IMG/VR virus record: IMGVR_UViG_3300020042_007756
Span: 1-31,008 of that record
DNA from: a virus
Taxonomy: Duplodnaviria > Caudoviricetes
DNA length: 31,008 nt
Direction: 5' to 3' (one strand)
Positions 17,101 to 25,677 of this stretch are shown in pieces; within the stretch, counting starts at the first letter, position 1, and each line of letters begins with the position of its first letter. Made by a program: the position numbers and the translations under genes. The notes under the pieces are model-generated. The model was not told the DNA's origin. It saw only the letters and a program-made list of their open reading frames with translations, and made no database searches.

Positions 17101-17894
17101 GACTACAAAAAGTAATTGAATACGATCCTGTAGGTGATGGTCTTACTGAATGTGAGTTCTTAAAATTAAAATCACCTACTAAGTTTAAGAGACAGTCTGT
17201 TATAGTTGATTCATTTGGTTCTGTTAATAATACTTTTGCAAACACTACAGACACAATAAGACCTGTAAGTGTTAATTTCTTACAAGTAGCACCTGCGAGA
17301 AAAAGACCAGAGTTCGGTTATAACAACACCATATCAGGTATGAACCTTTCGAATAGTTTAACTATACAGACAAATGGTTTGTCAAATTTTGTAGGTCCAG
17401 TATCTAAAAACATATCAATAACTGGTAACGAAAATGCAGTAGGTGATGGTTGTGAGAACATCACTATTTCAGGTGGTTCAGGTAATTTTATAGTAGGTGG
17501 TGTAAAGAATGTAAACATAATTGGCACTGATAAAAAGTTGGTCAATGAATCAAATGTTACTTATATAAATGGTGTTAGATATGTAAGAGGTGTGCCTGTT
17601 TCTAAATCAAATATAATTGATGGTTGTGTAGATGCAGTCATTATAAGACAATCAGCCTCGACGACACCTAACACAATTGATGGTTCTGAAGATGTTGTGA
17701 TATCAGCTGGTTCAGCAGTGTATGAAAATGTTGTTAATAGTGGTCAGGATTCAATTCTACCAGACTTACCTGAGTTAGGAATATCTACAGTTGTAAATCC
17801 TAATCCAAGAACAAACTTAACTGCAGGTTATGAATCACAATTTGCAACTCAATCAATAATTGAAGTTATAAGAAAAAGAGCTGAAACAAGATAA
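14133..17894 (+). CDS. Large tail tip/hub protein
   Basis: 1253 aa; LDLYD...SKTITIPGT.NNN.IF N-terminus; IIKMFNL and DWSSKLD motifs; beta-helix-like C-terminus. Confidence 0.7.
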   Translation: MKTELIIYHRPFSNILATPNEPALGLATSSTFVYDLKSNINQPYTKSFQEIIRPNSNSTGGVSLDLYDNVPLPINFTITDVREPEKSKTNWSKTITIPGTQNNNRIFDHIYELGADGWVTIGQTSVYEGFNPNLRLQCIINNDGVQVTRGNLQLKKITRDYNGNIEYEISITGDLTSLFYDLGTSKLSDLDLSEWNHTWTKDNIEKSWLGESVYNGATFNSIVSSGQKTISRIFSSTQTGRLSFQTSTSHSLTEGTYVKIQPDLTVNANFMQIAGEWQVTDVISSTQFSVNYFYPVGLITGGYTGTLGTIVRRTASGRGYVYPMISWGDEYDYNSFPVTSFIPGIYIKEIWDKIFKETNSSYTSTFLNSQFFKRLILIQKKSGYELDVENYKQKKFWVGSTQSFTTGASYLGTSEYFFTQVGTTSTATASIFPSITPKHFPFESESGSFGTVSFYDNAITASGSYGNWDNTTYKWKVSDTGEYDLQASIKLTGFCDMNGFGGTSIGTGTSSFNTSIYRYYPGSGGEVYTNAFTSGPQPYASIDPYIFGMQVRATIQRLRDGVVTKIGESQIDFKMNNQSYWTPTNENWAYFGRYQPAGWKNQELNVTSTSKYFKQNDEVWIELSQIVGAYAGPPAFFPTLGRKASFCFNQSGGPEIAKGVVGEWYLKVESQSYIFNNPSPKTVEGGLLSMSNVLPKDMDCKDFLLGIIKMFNLHIEADRDSDKRYTIEPRDDYYYSGSTSSQLVDWSSKLDTTSVEITPMGELIAKYYIFENKEESDYWNQKYKNERGRPYQYYNREINNDFLKNENKITLPFGSTVMINNPEGSDVVIPAIYAREANGSPKPVSNSAPRILIWGGMRPYSAQRGGARIQLQNSYFPNAYGWEILSGSNSTIISASSSIYSQYPYAGTVDSPADPIRDINWYNMEVGDFVYYDNARWTNENLYNKYWSNFINEISDPTSKVINCKLVLTPSDISNLDFRKIYVIDGHWLRLQKVIEYDPVGDGLTECEFLKLKSPTKFKRQSVIVDSFGSVNNTFANTTDTIRPVSVNFLQVAPARKRPEFGYNNTISGMNLSNSLTIQTNGLSNFVGPVSKNISITGNENAVGDGCENITISGGSGNFIVGGVKNVNIIGTDKKLVNESNVTYINGVRYVRGVPVSKSNIIDGCVDAVIIRQSASTTPNTIDGSEDVVISAGSAVYENVVNSGQDSILPDLPELGISTVVNPNPRTNLTAGYESQFATQSIIEVIRKRAETR

Positions 17895-17922
17895 AAAACA
17901 TAAACTTAAAACAAAAACATAT
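17894..17922 (+). promoter_or_regulatory. Phage promoter-like motif AAAAACA-N16-ACATAT
   Basis: ATG 17928 lies 5 nt downstream. Confidence 0.75.
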
Positions 17923-17927
17923 TTAGT

Positions 17928-19091
17928 ATGAGTAAAATAGAACAATTTTCAAGATTAATAAACCATAGAATAACCACTGCGGGTCAGTTGTTTACAATAC
18001 CTACATCAAATGACCACACAGACGAAACTTGGATGGCATCAGACCTTTACATAGGTGAGGTTGGTATAAATGTAACAGATGATAAAATTTTTATGAGAAC
18101 TAATAACGGTATCGTTCAAATAGCAACAGGAACATCTTCTGGTGGTGGCTCAGCTTCTTCAAGTCCTTTTGTTTTTAACTCACCCAATATAGTAATAGGT
18201 TCTACATATTCAGCTGACGCAGTAACTCGTAGAACTGGATACTTTACAGATTTAGGTAGTTCATCATTAAGATGGAAAGACCTTTATTTAGGCGGTTCAA
18301 GTGGTGGTCTAACAACAATTGATACAAATGGTGGTGTTTATTTAAAAACATCAACTAATGGTATATTAACAACTGATGGTGCGGCTTCTGGAAATGCGCC
18401 TATTGAGATTCATACTAACTCATCTAACGCAAATAAAGACAGACCTTTATTTTTAAATGTAAGAAGTGGTCAGACTACTGGTTCAACAAATTATATTACA
18501 GCAGCATCTGCTCAGACAGTTAGTTTTAGTAATAACTCTTTTGTTTTTGCTGCAGCTGGCACATCAATTACTTTTGATGATAGTATAAGTTATTCAACTC
18601 ACTTAGGTCGTGGTTTAACAAGACCTGTTTATGAAAATGATATGCATGTTGTGTCTGGTAAATCAGCTGTAAAAGGTATGGCTGATGATGGAACAGGTCA
18701 ATATGATAAGTCAGAATGGATTACCTCACAAACTCTTTTAAGAACCAGTGATGCTCTCTTTACAGATTTAGTTACAATACCTTGGTCTGCTACCGCTACA
18801 GGTGGTGATATAATAAGTATAAAAGCAAATATACTATGCACTGTAATAGATGACGCTTCTACTGTGTTTGCTGCTGATTTATTTGGCACAGGCGCATTAC
18901 TTGACACACTCACAGGTGTAATCATCGGCACACCAGTTTTAAATGTAAACTCTTCTTTTACAGGCATACAACCTGATGTTGAAGTAGCAGTTGATTCTAA
19001 TAATATCTATATTAAAGCAAAAGGTCAAGGCTCTGTTACTGTTCAATGGCTTTGTTCTTTTTCATATCATAGACTAATAAATGTTCTTTAA
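17928..19091 (+). CDS. Tail fibre/spike-like structural protein
   Basis: LYIGEVGINVTDDKIF (Mtd N-terminal-like) and DLGSSSLRWKDLYL fibre motifs. Confidence 0.55.
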   Translation: MSKIEQFSRLINHRITTAGQLFTIPTSNDHTDETWMASDLYIGEVGINVTDDKIFMRTNNGIVQIATGTSSGGGSASSSPFVFNSPNIVIGSTYSADAVTRRTGYFTDLGSSSLRWKDLYLGGSSGGLTTIDTNGGVYLKTSTNGILTTDGAASGNAPIEIHTNSSNANKDRPLFLNVRSGQTTGSTNYITAASAQTVSFSNNSFVFAAAGTSITFDDSISYSTHLGRGLTRPVYENDMHVVSGKSAVKGMADDGTGQYDKSEWITSQTLLRTSDALFTDLVTIPWSATATGGDIISIKANILCTVIDDASTVFAADLFGTGALLDTLTGVIIGTPVLNVNSSFTGIQPDVEVAVDSNNIYIKAKGQGSVTVQWLCSFSYHRLINVL

Positions 19092-19094
19092 TAA

Positions 19095-22000
19095 ATGGCA
19101 GATTTTGAATTAAATGTAAAAGTCAATGGTATCGAACAATCGGTTAAAACGATTGGTGAGTTAGAAAATGCTTTAACAGAAACAAATAAAGAACTGAGTA
19201 AGGTTGGTCAAAATACTCGTGAGTTTAAGTTTTTAGAAAATCAATCTAAAAATTTAGAGAAAGTGTTAGTAGCTGTTACAGAAGATGCAACTAAACTTGA
19301 CTCATCACTCAAAGGCGTAAACAAATCCGCAAAAGATTTCAATCAAACTATAAATCAAACAGCACAGGCTGCTAATAGTTTAGATACAAGTGGTCAAGCT
19401 GTAAAAAACACAGGAACTGCAATTGGTGAAACTGTAACCAAAGCTCAATCTCTTAGGCTTGAACTAAGAAAAATTACAGTAGAGTTACAAAGTTTAGAAC
19501 CTGGCTCAGCAAGATTTCAAGAACTTTCTGTGAGAGCAGGTCAACTAAGAGACACAATAGCAGATACCTCTGCTGTAATTGGTAGTTTAGCTGGAACTGG
19601 TGTTGAGAGATTAGGTAAAGCTTTATCAACAACCGCTCAGATAGGTGTTGCTGGTTTTCAAGGTATAGCAGCGGCTCAAGCCTTATTCGGTTCTGAAAAT
19701 GAAGAACTCAATAAAACCTTAATAAAACTTACAGCACTATTAAACTTATCACAAGCCATAACTACATTCGGTGGTTTAGGTGATAAGATTACAGAATTGA
19801 AAGCTGGTTTTAGTTCTTTATTTCCAGCGGCTGCTGCAAGTGCAACTGCGATAACAGCAACTGCTGTCGCCGAAGAGGGTGAGGCTGTTGCTTCTACTGA
19901 AGCGGCTGTTGCTACAACTGGATTTGCCGTGGCTTTAAATGCACTACCGTTAGTCGCTATTATTACGGCTTTAGGGCTTGTAGTTGCAGGCTTAATATCA
20001 TATGCATCAGCTGAAAGTGATGCTGAAAAAGCAGATGAAAAAAGGAAAAAACAATTAGAACAAGTTAAAAAAGCTCAAGATGCACAAAATGAAGCTATCA
20101 AAAGAAGTTCCGAGCAATTTGCAGGTCAAGTATCAGGTTTTATTTCTTTGACCGCACAAATTAAAAACTCTTTACCAGGTTCTAAAGAAAGATTAGAATT
20201 AATCAAACAAAGTAATGCAACTTACGGCACAACTATAAAGAATCTAAAAGATGAAAGATTTTTTCAAGACCAAGTTACTAAATCTGTAGCCGACTATATA
20301 GCATTTTCTCGACAAAAATTTAAATTAGCACAAAATGAAAAGGCAATTGAAAACCAATTTACTAAACAACAAGTAGCTATCACAAAGTTAGCCAGCTCGT
20401 TAGGTATATTGAATCAATCACAGAAAAATTATATTACAAACTATGCAAGACAAGTTGAATCTGGTGAGGCACTTGTTGGTAATTTAGATATTTTAAAAGC
20501 TGGTTTTTTACAACAAGGTAAACAATTTCAAATACTACAAAATGATGTCTTTGATTATTTAGGTGAGATAAATTTAGCAAACTCAAGCATTGATAATTTA
20601 TCTGGAACTATAACTACATTAAAAAAACAATTAGCTGATGAATCAAATGCTTTATTTGTAGCAGCTGAGGGACATAAAACAAACACAACAGAAACAGACA
20701 AAGCCACTACAGCTGCTGATAAGTATAATGAAACTATTAAAGGTCTTATAGAATTCCAACAAAAGGCTGATAGTGAAGAAGAAAAATTAGCCCGTAAAAG
20801 AGTTGAAAGAACAGAAAGTAAACTCGATGACTTAGAGTTTGAAAGAGATATAGTCCTTTCAAAAATTATACAGGAGTATACAGCTCAAAAGAAAGCAATT
20901 GAAAACAATATAACAGATGAGATAGAAAGAAAACGATTACTACAAAATTTGGAAATTTTCTACACTCAAAGAACTAAAAATGTAAATACTGAATTATTTG
21001 AAGAATTAGAGATACAACAAAAAAATAGACTCGAAAATCAAAAAAAGGTCATAGACGATTTAATTTTAGCAGAAAAGATTTTACAGGATGAGATAACTTT
21101 CGGTAATAACAACACAAATGATAGTTTGACTGGTTTACAAATCAGAAGAAACCAATTAGCTATTGACAGATTAGAAATAGAACAAAAAGGTTTAGTTGAT
21201 TTTAAACAAATAGAAGACCAAAAAACGCAGTTACTACAAGCCAATTTAGAATTACAAAGCAAATTAGAAAGAGATAAAGCAGAAGCTGAAAGATTATTTC
21301 AGATAACTGAAATCTTAAATTATTACAAAAATCTTAAACAATTTAATATCGATTTTAATGACGAGACTGGTATTGCGACGGTAAAAGTTAATGAGAAATA
21401 TTTAACAGAACAATTTAAAGCTAATGAGACTTTTTTAAAACAAAAACAAGCAGCTGGTTTAATAAGTGAAGAAGATTTTAGTTCACAACTAATAGCCCTA
21501 AATGCAGAAACTGTTGATAAAATTGCTACAGAGGCTGAAAAAACTGAGGTTGTTATAAATAAATCTGCGGTCAATTTAACTGAAGAAGCTAATGTAAAAA
21601 AATTAGAATCTGATGCTAAGTATAACAAAGCAAAAGTAGATTTATCAGAAAAGTCAGATGAAGAAGTTCTTGATGGTGTTAAAAAGACAATTGATGCAAT
21701 AAACGAAATCTTTGGATTATTTGCAAGTCAATTATCAGGTCTTTTTTCAGCTATTACCGAATCTAACAAATTAGCACTTGACGAACAACTGGCTGACACA
21801 CAAAAGTTTTATGATGATAAAAACATAAAAAGTCAAAACTCTTTTGATGCTGAAAAGAAAGCTCTCAATGAAAGTCTAACTAATGGTGTGATATCACAAG
21901 AGCAATACAATGCCGCAATTTCAAACTTAGATATTAATAGAACTGCTTTTATTGATAGTAATGAAAGAAAACTAAATGCAGAATTGTTAAAACAAAGACA

Positions 22001-22448
22001 AAAGGCTTTTGATAAAGAAAAGAAACTTAAAAAAGCACAGGCTTTGATTTCTGGATTTCAAGGTGCTTTGACTGCATTTACTTCAGCGTTTCAATTAGGT
22101 CCGATTGCTGGTCCTATTGTAGGTGCCATATTAGCAGGATTAGTTGTAGCTACAACTGCTAAACAAATTCAAAATATAAACAACACAAAATTAGATGGTG
22201 GTGGTTCACAAGCAGATACAACATCAACAGTATCTGCATCGTCTCCAATATCTACAGGTAGTTCTTTGAATTCAATTGGTGGTGGTTTCACTACTTTCAA
22301 TGAGAATGCAAATGTTGGCACAAACCCGCCACCTGAACCACCTACTCCGACATCACCTAATTCACAAAGAGTTTATGTGTTGGAAAGTGATATTACATCT
22401 ACTCAAAACAAAGTTAAAGTTCTTGAAGACAACGCTACTTTCGGATAA
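19095..22448 (+). CDS. Tape measure protein
   Basis: 1117 aa, coiled-coil, Ala/Gly-rich hydrophobic stretches, C-terminal RVYVLESDIT. Confidence 0.85.
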   Translation: MADFELNVKVNGIEQSVKTIGELENALTETNKELSKVGQNTREFKFLENQSKNLEKVLVAVTEDATKLDSSLKGVNKSAKDFNQTINQTAQAANSLDTSGQAVKNTGTAIGETVTKAQSLRLELRKITVELQSLEPGSARFQELSVRAGQLRDTIADTSAVIGSLAGTGVERLGKALSTTAQIGVAGFQGIAAAQALFGSENEELNKTLIKLTALLNLSQAITTFGGLGDKITELKAGFSSLFPAAAASATAITATAVAEEGEAVASTEAAVATTGFAVALNALPLVAIITALGLVVAGLISYASAESDAEKADEKRKKQLEQVKKAQDAQNEAIKRSSEQFAGQVSGFISLTAQIKNSLPGSKERLELIKQSNATYGTTIKNLKDERFFQDQVTKSVADYIAFSRQKFKLAQNEKAIENQFTKQQVAITKLASSLGILNQSQKNYITNYARQVESGEALVGNLDILKAGFLQQGKQFQILQNDVFDYLGEINLANSSIDNLSGTITTLKKQLADESNALFVAAEGHKTNTTETDKATTAADKYNETIKGLIEFQQKADSEEEKLARKRVERTESKLDDLEFERDIVLSKIIQEYTAQKKAIENNITDEIERKRLLQNLEIFYTQRTKNVNTELFEELEIQQKNRLENQKKVIDDLILAEKILQDEITFGNNNTNDSLTGLQIRRNQLAIDRLEIEQKGLVDFKQIEDQKTQLLQANLELQSKLERDKAEAERLFQITEILNYYKNLKQFNIDFNDETGIATVKVNEKYLTEQFKANETFLKQKQAAGLISEEDFSSQLIALNAETVDKIATEAEKTEVVINKSAVNLTEEANVKKLESDAKYNKAKVDLSEKSDEEVLDGVKKTIDAINEIFGLFASQLSGLFSAITESNKLALDEQLADTQKFYDDKNIKSQNSFDAEKKALNESLTNGVISQEQYNAAISNLDINRTAFIDSNERKLNAELLKQRQKAFDKEKKLKKAQALISGFQGALTAFTSAFQLGPIAGPIVGAILAGLVVATTAKQIQNINNTKLDGGGSQADTTSTVSASSPISTGSSLNSIGGGFTTFNENANVGTNPPPEPPTPTSPNSQRVYVLESDITSTQNKVKVLEDNATFG

Positions 22449-22476
22449 AAAACATTTTGACCAAAAAACAACATAT
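22448..22476 (+). promoter_or_regulatory. Phage promoter-like motif AAAAACA-N16-ACATAT
   Basis: ATG 22482 lies 5 nt downstream. Confidence 0.75.
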
Positions 22477-22481
22477 AGGTT

Positions 22482-23642
22482 ATGGAAAAGAAATTACCAA
22501 TTTACGATATTATTTTAAGCGATGAAGACATCAGTCAAGGTGTTGGTATGATATCATTAGTCGACGACCCAGCAATAAAAGTAAACTGGATTAAATTAGC
22601 TAAACAAGAAAGTCTAAATTTTAAAACAGATAAAGAAAAGCAAATGCTTTTCGGACCTTTTTTAATTCCAAATATGTTAATCTACAGAAGTGATGAATTT
22701 AACGGTGAATATTATGTTAGATTTAGTAGAGAAGAAATAGAAAAAATAGCCACAAAGTTCAACGAGGATCTTAACAGTAAGAATATAAACTTTATGCATT
22801 CGGATGTTAAAGTTGATGCCTTTGTGGCTCAGAATTGGCTCATAGAAAACGAGCAAGATAAAAGTCGTGGTCTTGGCTTTGACTTACCAGAAGGAACTTG
22901 GTTCGGTGGTGTTAAAATTAAAGACGCTGACTTTTGGTTGAATAAAGTTAAGAGTGAAGAAGTAAAAGGATTCTCAGTTGAGATATTAGCTGATTTAGAA
23001 TTATCCTTAAAAAATAAAGAAAACAATATGAAAAAATTAAAATTTGCATCTGCTACTTTAAAGAACGGAACAGTAGTTTATTATGATGGTGAATTAGCTG
23101 TTGGAACTGCTGTGTTTTTAGACGAAGCTTTAACAGAGAAGGCTCCAGATGATGGCCATGTTGCTGAAGACGGAACAATAGTCGTTACTGTTGATGGTAT
23201 CATAACAGAAATCAAACCAGTAGAAGCAGGAAATCTTGCAGGAGATGGACCTTGTTATGAAGGTTACGAAATGGTTGGTATGAAAACAATCGATGGTAAA
23301 GAAGTTCCTAACTGTGTTCCAGTTGTAGACGGAAAACCTGAACCTTCTACTATGGCAATTGACCCTAACACAGGTTCTGAGTTACCAGCTGTTATCACAC
23401 CAGAAGAAGTATCAATGATGATTGATAATAGATTCGGTGAGTTGATGGAAGAAATTACAAGACTTAAAATTATGGTTGAAGGTAATGACAAAGGTATGGA
23501 AGAGTATAAGAAACAAATCGATGAGAAGTTTTCTACTACACCTGCTACTGGTTCTATCAAAAAAGCAGAGTCTCAACTTGACAATAAATTTACAACAGCT
23601 GAGGCAAGAATCAAAGAGTTTGCTCGTAAATATAACAAGTAA
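22482..23642 (+). CDS. Prohead protease (XkdF-like serine protease) fused to a scaffold region
   Basis: ISLVDDPAI, GPFLIPN, NFMH, LPEGTWF and VKGFSVE motifs; acidic coiled-coil C-terminal half; directly upstream of the capsid gene. Confidence 0.8.
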   Translation: MEKKLPIYDIILSDEDISQGVGMISLVDDPAIKVNWIKLAKQESLNFKTDKEKQMLFGPFLIPNMLIYRSDEFNGEYYVRFSREEIEKIATKFNEDLNSKNINFMHSDVKVDAFVAQNWLIENEQDKSRGLGFDLPEGTWFGGVKIKDADFWLNKVKSEEVKGFSVEILADLELSLKNKENNMKKLKFASATLKNGTVVYYDGELAVGTAVFLDEALTEKAPDDGHVAEDGTIVVTVDGIITEIKPVEAGNLAGDGPCYEGYEMVGMKTIDGKEVPNCVPVVDGKPEPSTMAIDPNTGSELPAVITPEEVSMMIDNRFGELMEEITRLKIMVEGNDKGMEEYKKQIDEKFSTTPATGSIKKAESQLDNKFTTAEARIKEFARKYNK

Positions 23643-23669
23643 AAACAAAAATCAGGTTTTCTAACATAT
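23641..23669 (+). promoter_or_regulatory. Phage promoter-like motif AAAAACA-N16-ACATAT
   Basis: Upstream of the major capsid gene, with an A-rich leader. Confidence 0.75.
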
Positions 23670-23704
23670 ACAATAGAAACCACAAAAAATAAAAACAATA
23701 AAAA

Positions 23705-24625
23705 ATGGCTTTAACAGACAATACTACTTTTTATGGTAAGGACGCTGAAGGATTCTTCAAGAAAGTTCTTACAACAGGTGTTGCTAAAAATGAGTTATCT
23801 TTGATTCCTAATGTGAAATCTAAGATTAAATTAGCTTACTCAGATTTAGGCAACATTTTACAAGCTGACGACTGTTCGTTCTCAGCAACTGGTGAAGGAA
23901 CACTTAACCAAAAAACAATGGAGGTTTGCGACCTTAAGGTTAACCTTGAATATTGCGCTACTACATTCGAAGCTAACTATCTTTCATTACAATTGAGAGC
24001 TGGGTCTAACTCAGAAGAAGTGATGCCAGCATCTTATGCTGAATTCGTAGTTGATTATGTAGCAGAAAAAGTTTCTTCTGACTTAGAAAAAGTTATGTTC
24101 CAAGGTAACACAGCAACTGCTTCTTACCCTTACTCACTTTGTGACGGTTTGAATAAATTATTACTTGCTGATTCTGATGTAATCGATGTATCGGCTACAG
24201 CTTCATTAACATCTGCAAATGTTGTTACTGAGTTAAACAGAGTTTTAGATTCAGTTCCTGCTGAAGTTCGTCAGGAAGCTAACTTTAAAATCTTTGTTTC
24301 TCAACAAATTGCTTTTTCTTACAAACAAGCACAAGCAGTTACTCAAGGTGGATTATTCTTAGTTGGTGATAAAGAACTTAATTATTTAGGTTATAGACTT
24401 ATCCCTACTTCAGGTTTATCTGCTAAACAAATGATTGCATTTAACTCAGACAAAGTTTATTTCTTAACAGATTTGACTTCTGATTGGGATGAAATCATTA
24501 TGATTCCTCAAAGAAATATCTCTGGTGCGAGAACTGAAAGATTCGCAACAGCATTGAAATTTGGTGTGAATTACCTTTATGGTAACGAAATCGTATTCTA
24601 CTCTGGTGGAACGGTTATGGCATAA
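23705..24625 (+). CDS. Major capsid protein
   Basis: 306 aa after the protease/scaffold; PNVKSK, C.F...G, CDGL.K motifs; own promoter. Confidence 0.8.
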   Translation: MALTDNTTFYGKDAEGFFKKVLTTGVAKNELSLIPNVKSKIKLAYSDLGNILQADDCSFSATGEGTLNQKTMEVCDLKVNLEYCATTFEANYLSLQLRAGSNSEEVMPASYAEFVVDYVAEKVSSDLEKVMFQGNTATASYPYSLCDGLNKLLLADSDVIDVSATASLTSANVVTELNRVLDSVPAEVRQEANFKIFVSQQIAFSYKQAQAVTQGGLFLVGDKELNYLGYRLIPTSGLSAKQMIAFNSDKVYFLTDLTSDWDEIIMIPQRNISGARTERFATALKFGVNYLYGNEIVFYSGGTVMA

Positions 24626-24655
24626 TCCTTTTGGACTAAAAAAAAATTATAAGAA

Positions 24656-25171
24656 ATGGCTTGTGTAAGTTTTTCAGGTGGTATCGCTAAAGATTGTAAC
24701 AACAATATTGGTGGACTCACAAAATTATATCTAACTGACTTTGATAATATCGTATCATACACTCAGGCAGGTGGAACTGTATCTGCAATCATCTTAGCTT
24801 CGGCTTCTAACTTCTATGAATTTGAGTTTAACAGAAACTCTGCTACATTCACAGAAGATTTAGTTAAGTCTGTTGAGGCTGGTTCAGCATTGTTTGAACA
24901 AACCACTACGGTTACTATTCCAAGAAGAGATGTTGCTAAAAGAAACACTTTGGCTCTTTTAACTCAAAGAGACTTAGCGTGTATCTTCAAAGATTCTAAT
25001 GGATTATACTGGTATCCAGGAGCAACTGAGGGAATTTATCTTTCAGAATCTACTTCTACATCAGGAACAGCGAAAGCTGATGGTTCTAACTATACTTTAA
25101 CTCTTAAAGGATTTGAGGTTGATAGAGCATTTGGTGTGTCTGCGAGTATCGTAGCAGCTTTAGTGGCTTAA
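24656..25171 (+). CDS. Putative major tail tube protein
   Basis: MAC...GIAKDC...IGGL N-terminus, SGTAKADGSNYTLTL C-terminus; co-transcribed with the capsid gene up to a terminator. Confidence 0.6.
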   Translation: MACVSFSGGIAKDCNNNIGGLTKLYLTDFDNIVSYTQAGGTVSAIILASASNFYEFEFNRNSATFTEDLVKSVEAGSALFEQTTTVTIPRRDVAKRNTLALLTQRDLACIFKDSNGLYWYPGATEGIYLSESTSTSGTAKADGSNYTLTLKGFEVDRAFGVSASIVAALVA

Positions 25172-25192
25172 ACCTTATTAGGTTCCACATAT

Positions 25193-25231
25193 AAAAAAAC
25201 CCGTAGTCAGGCAATTGATTACGGGTTTTTT
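25193..25231 (+). terminator. Rho-independent terminator (potentially bidirectional)
   Basis: A7-CCCGTAGTCA-GGCAAT-TGATTACGGG-T6. Confidence 0.9.
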
Positions 25232-25269
25232 ATTTATACGCAGATTATAACTAACATATGTTTTACTTA

Positions 25270-25298
25270 AAAAACAAGTTGAAGTTTAGACAACATAT
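25270..25298 (+). promoter_or_regulatory. Phage promoter-like motif AAAAACA-N16-ACATAT
   Basis: Directly after the terminator, upstream of the portal operon. Confidence 0.75.
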
Positions 25299-25315
25299 AA
25301 AATAAAACCGGTCTT

Positions 25316-25675
25316 ATGTTAATAACACTTACACCTGGCCTTACTACTTCAGTATGGATAAGTTTAAGAGAAGATTTACCTTATGGTTCTACAGCGAGTT
25401 TCTTATTTACACTCACTAATGATGTCTCTGGTGCAACTAAAAGTTTTTACCCAACTGATTTGCAACCTGACAACAAGTGGTGTGAATTTGAAATAGGTGT
25501 TGGAACACCTGAAAATCTCAACATCTCTAAACTGAACTTAGTAGCAGGAATGTGGTCTTATGTCGTAACAGCCGGTCAAAAACAACTTGAAACGGGTAAA
25601 GTTGTAGTAACAGAACAAAAAAATTGGTCAGCCTTAGATAGACCCGCAAAAACATCAGGCGCAATTAGAAGATAA
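25316..25675 (+). CDS. Hypothetical structural protein (possible head closure)
   Basis: 119 aa, beta-rich, G.W.Y.V...LETG; precedes the portal. Confidence 0.5.
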   Translation: MLITLTPGLTTSVWISLREDLPYGSTASFLFTLTNDVSGATKSFYPTDLQPDNKWCEFEIGVGTPENLNISKLNLVAGMWSYVVTAGQKQLETGKVVVTEQKNWSALDRPAKTSGAIRR

Positions 25676-25677
25676 GT

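Noticed and set aside
14047-23664. Short antisense and overlapping ORFs inside structural genes (for example 17318, 18698, 21038, 21323, 22829, 23264)
   Set aside because: Nested in long, well-supported genes, with no initiation signals or motifs
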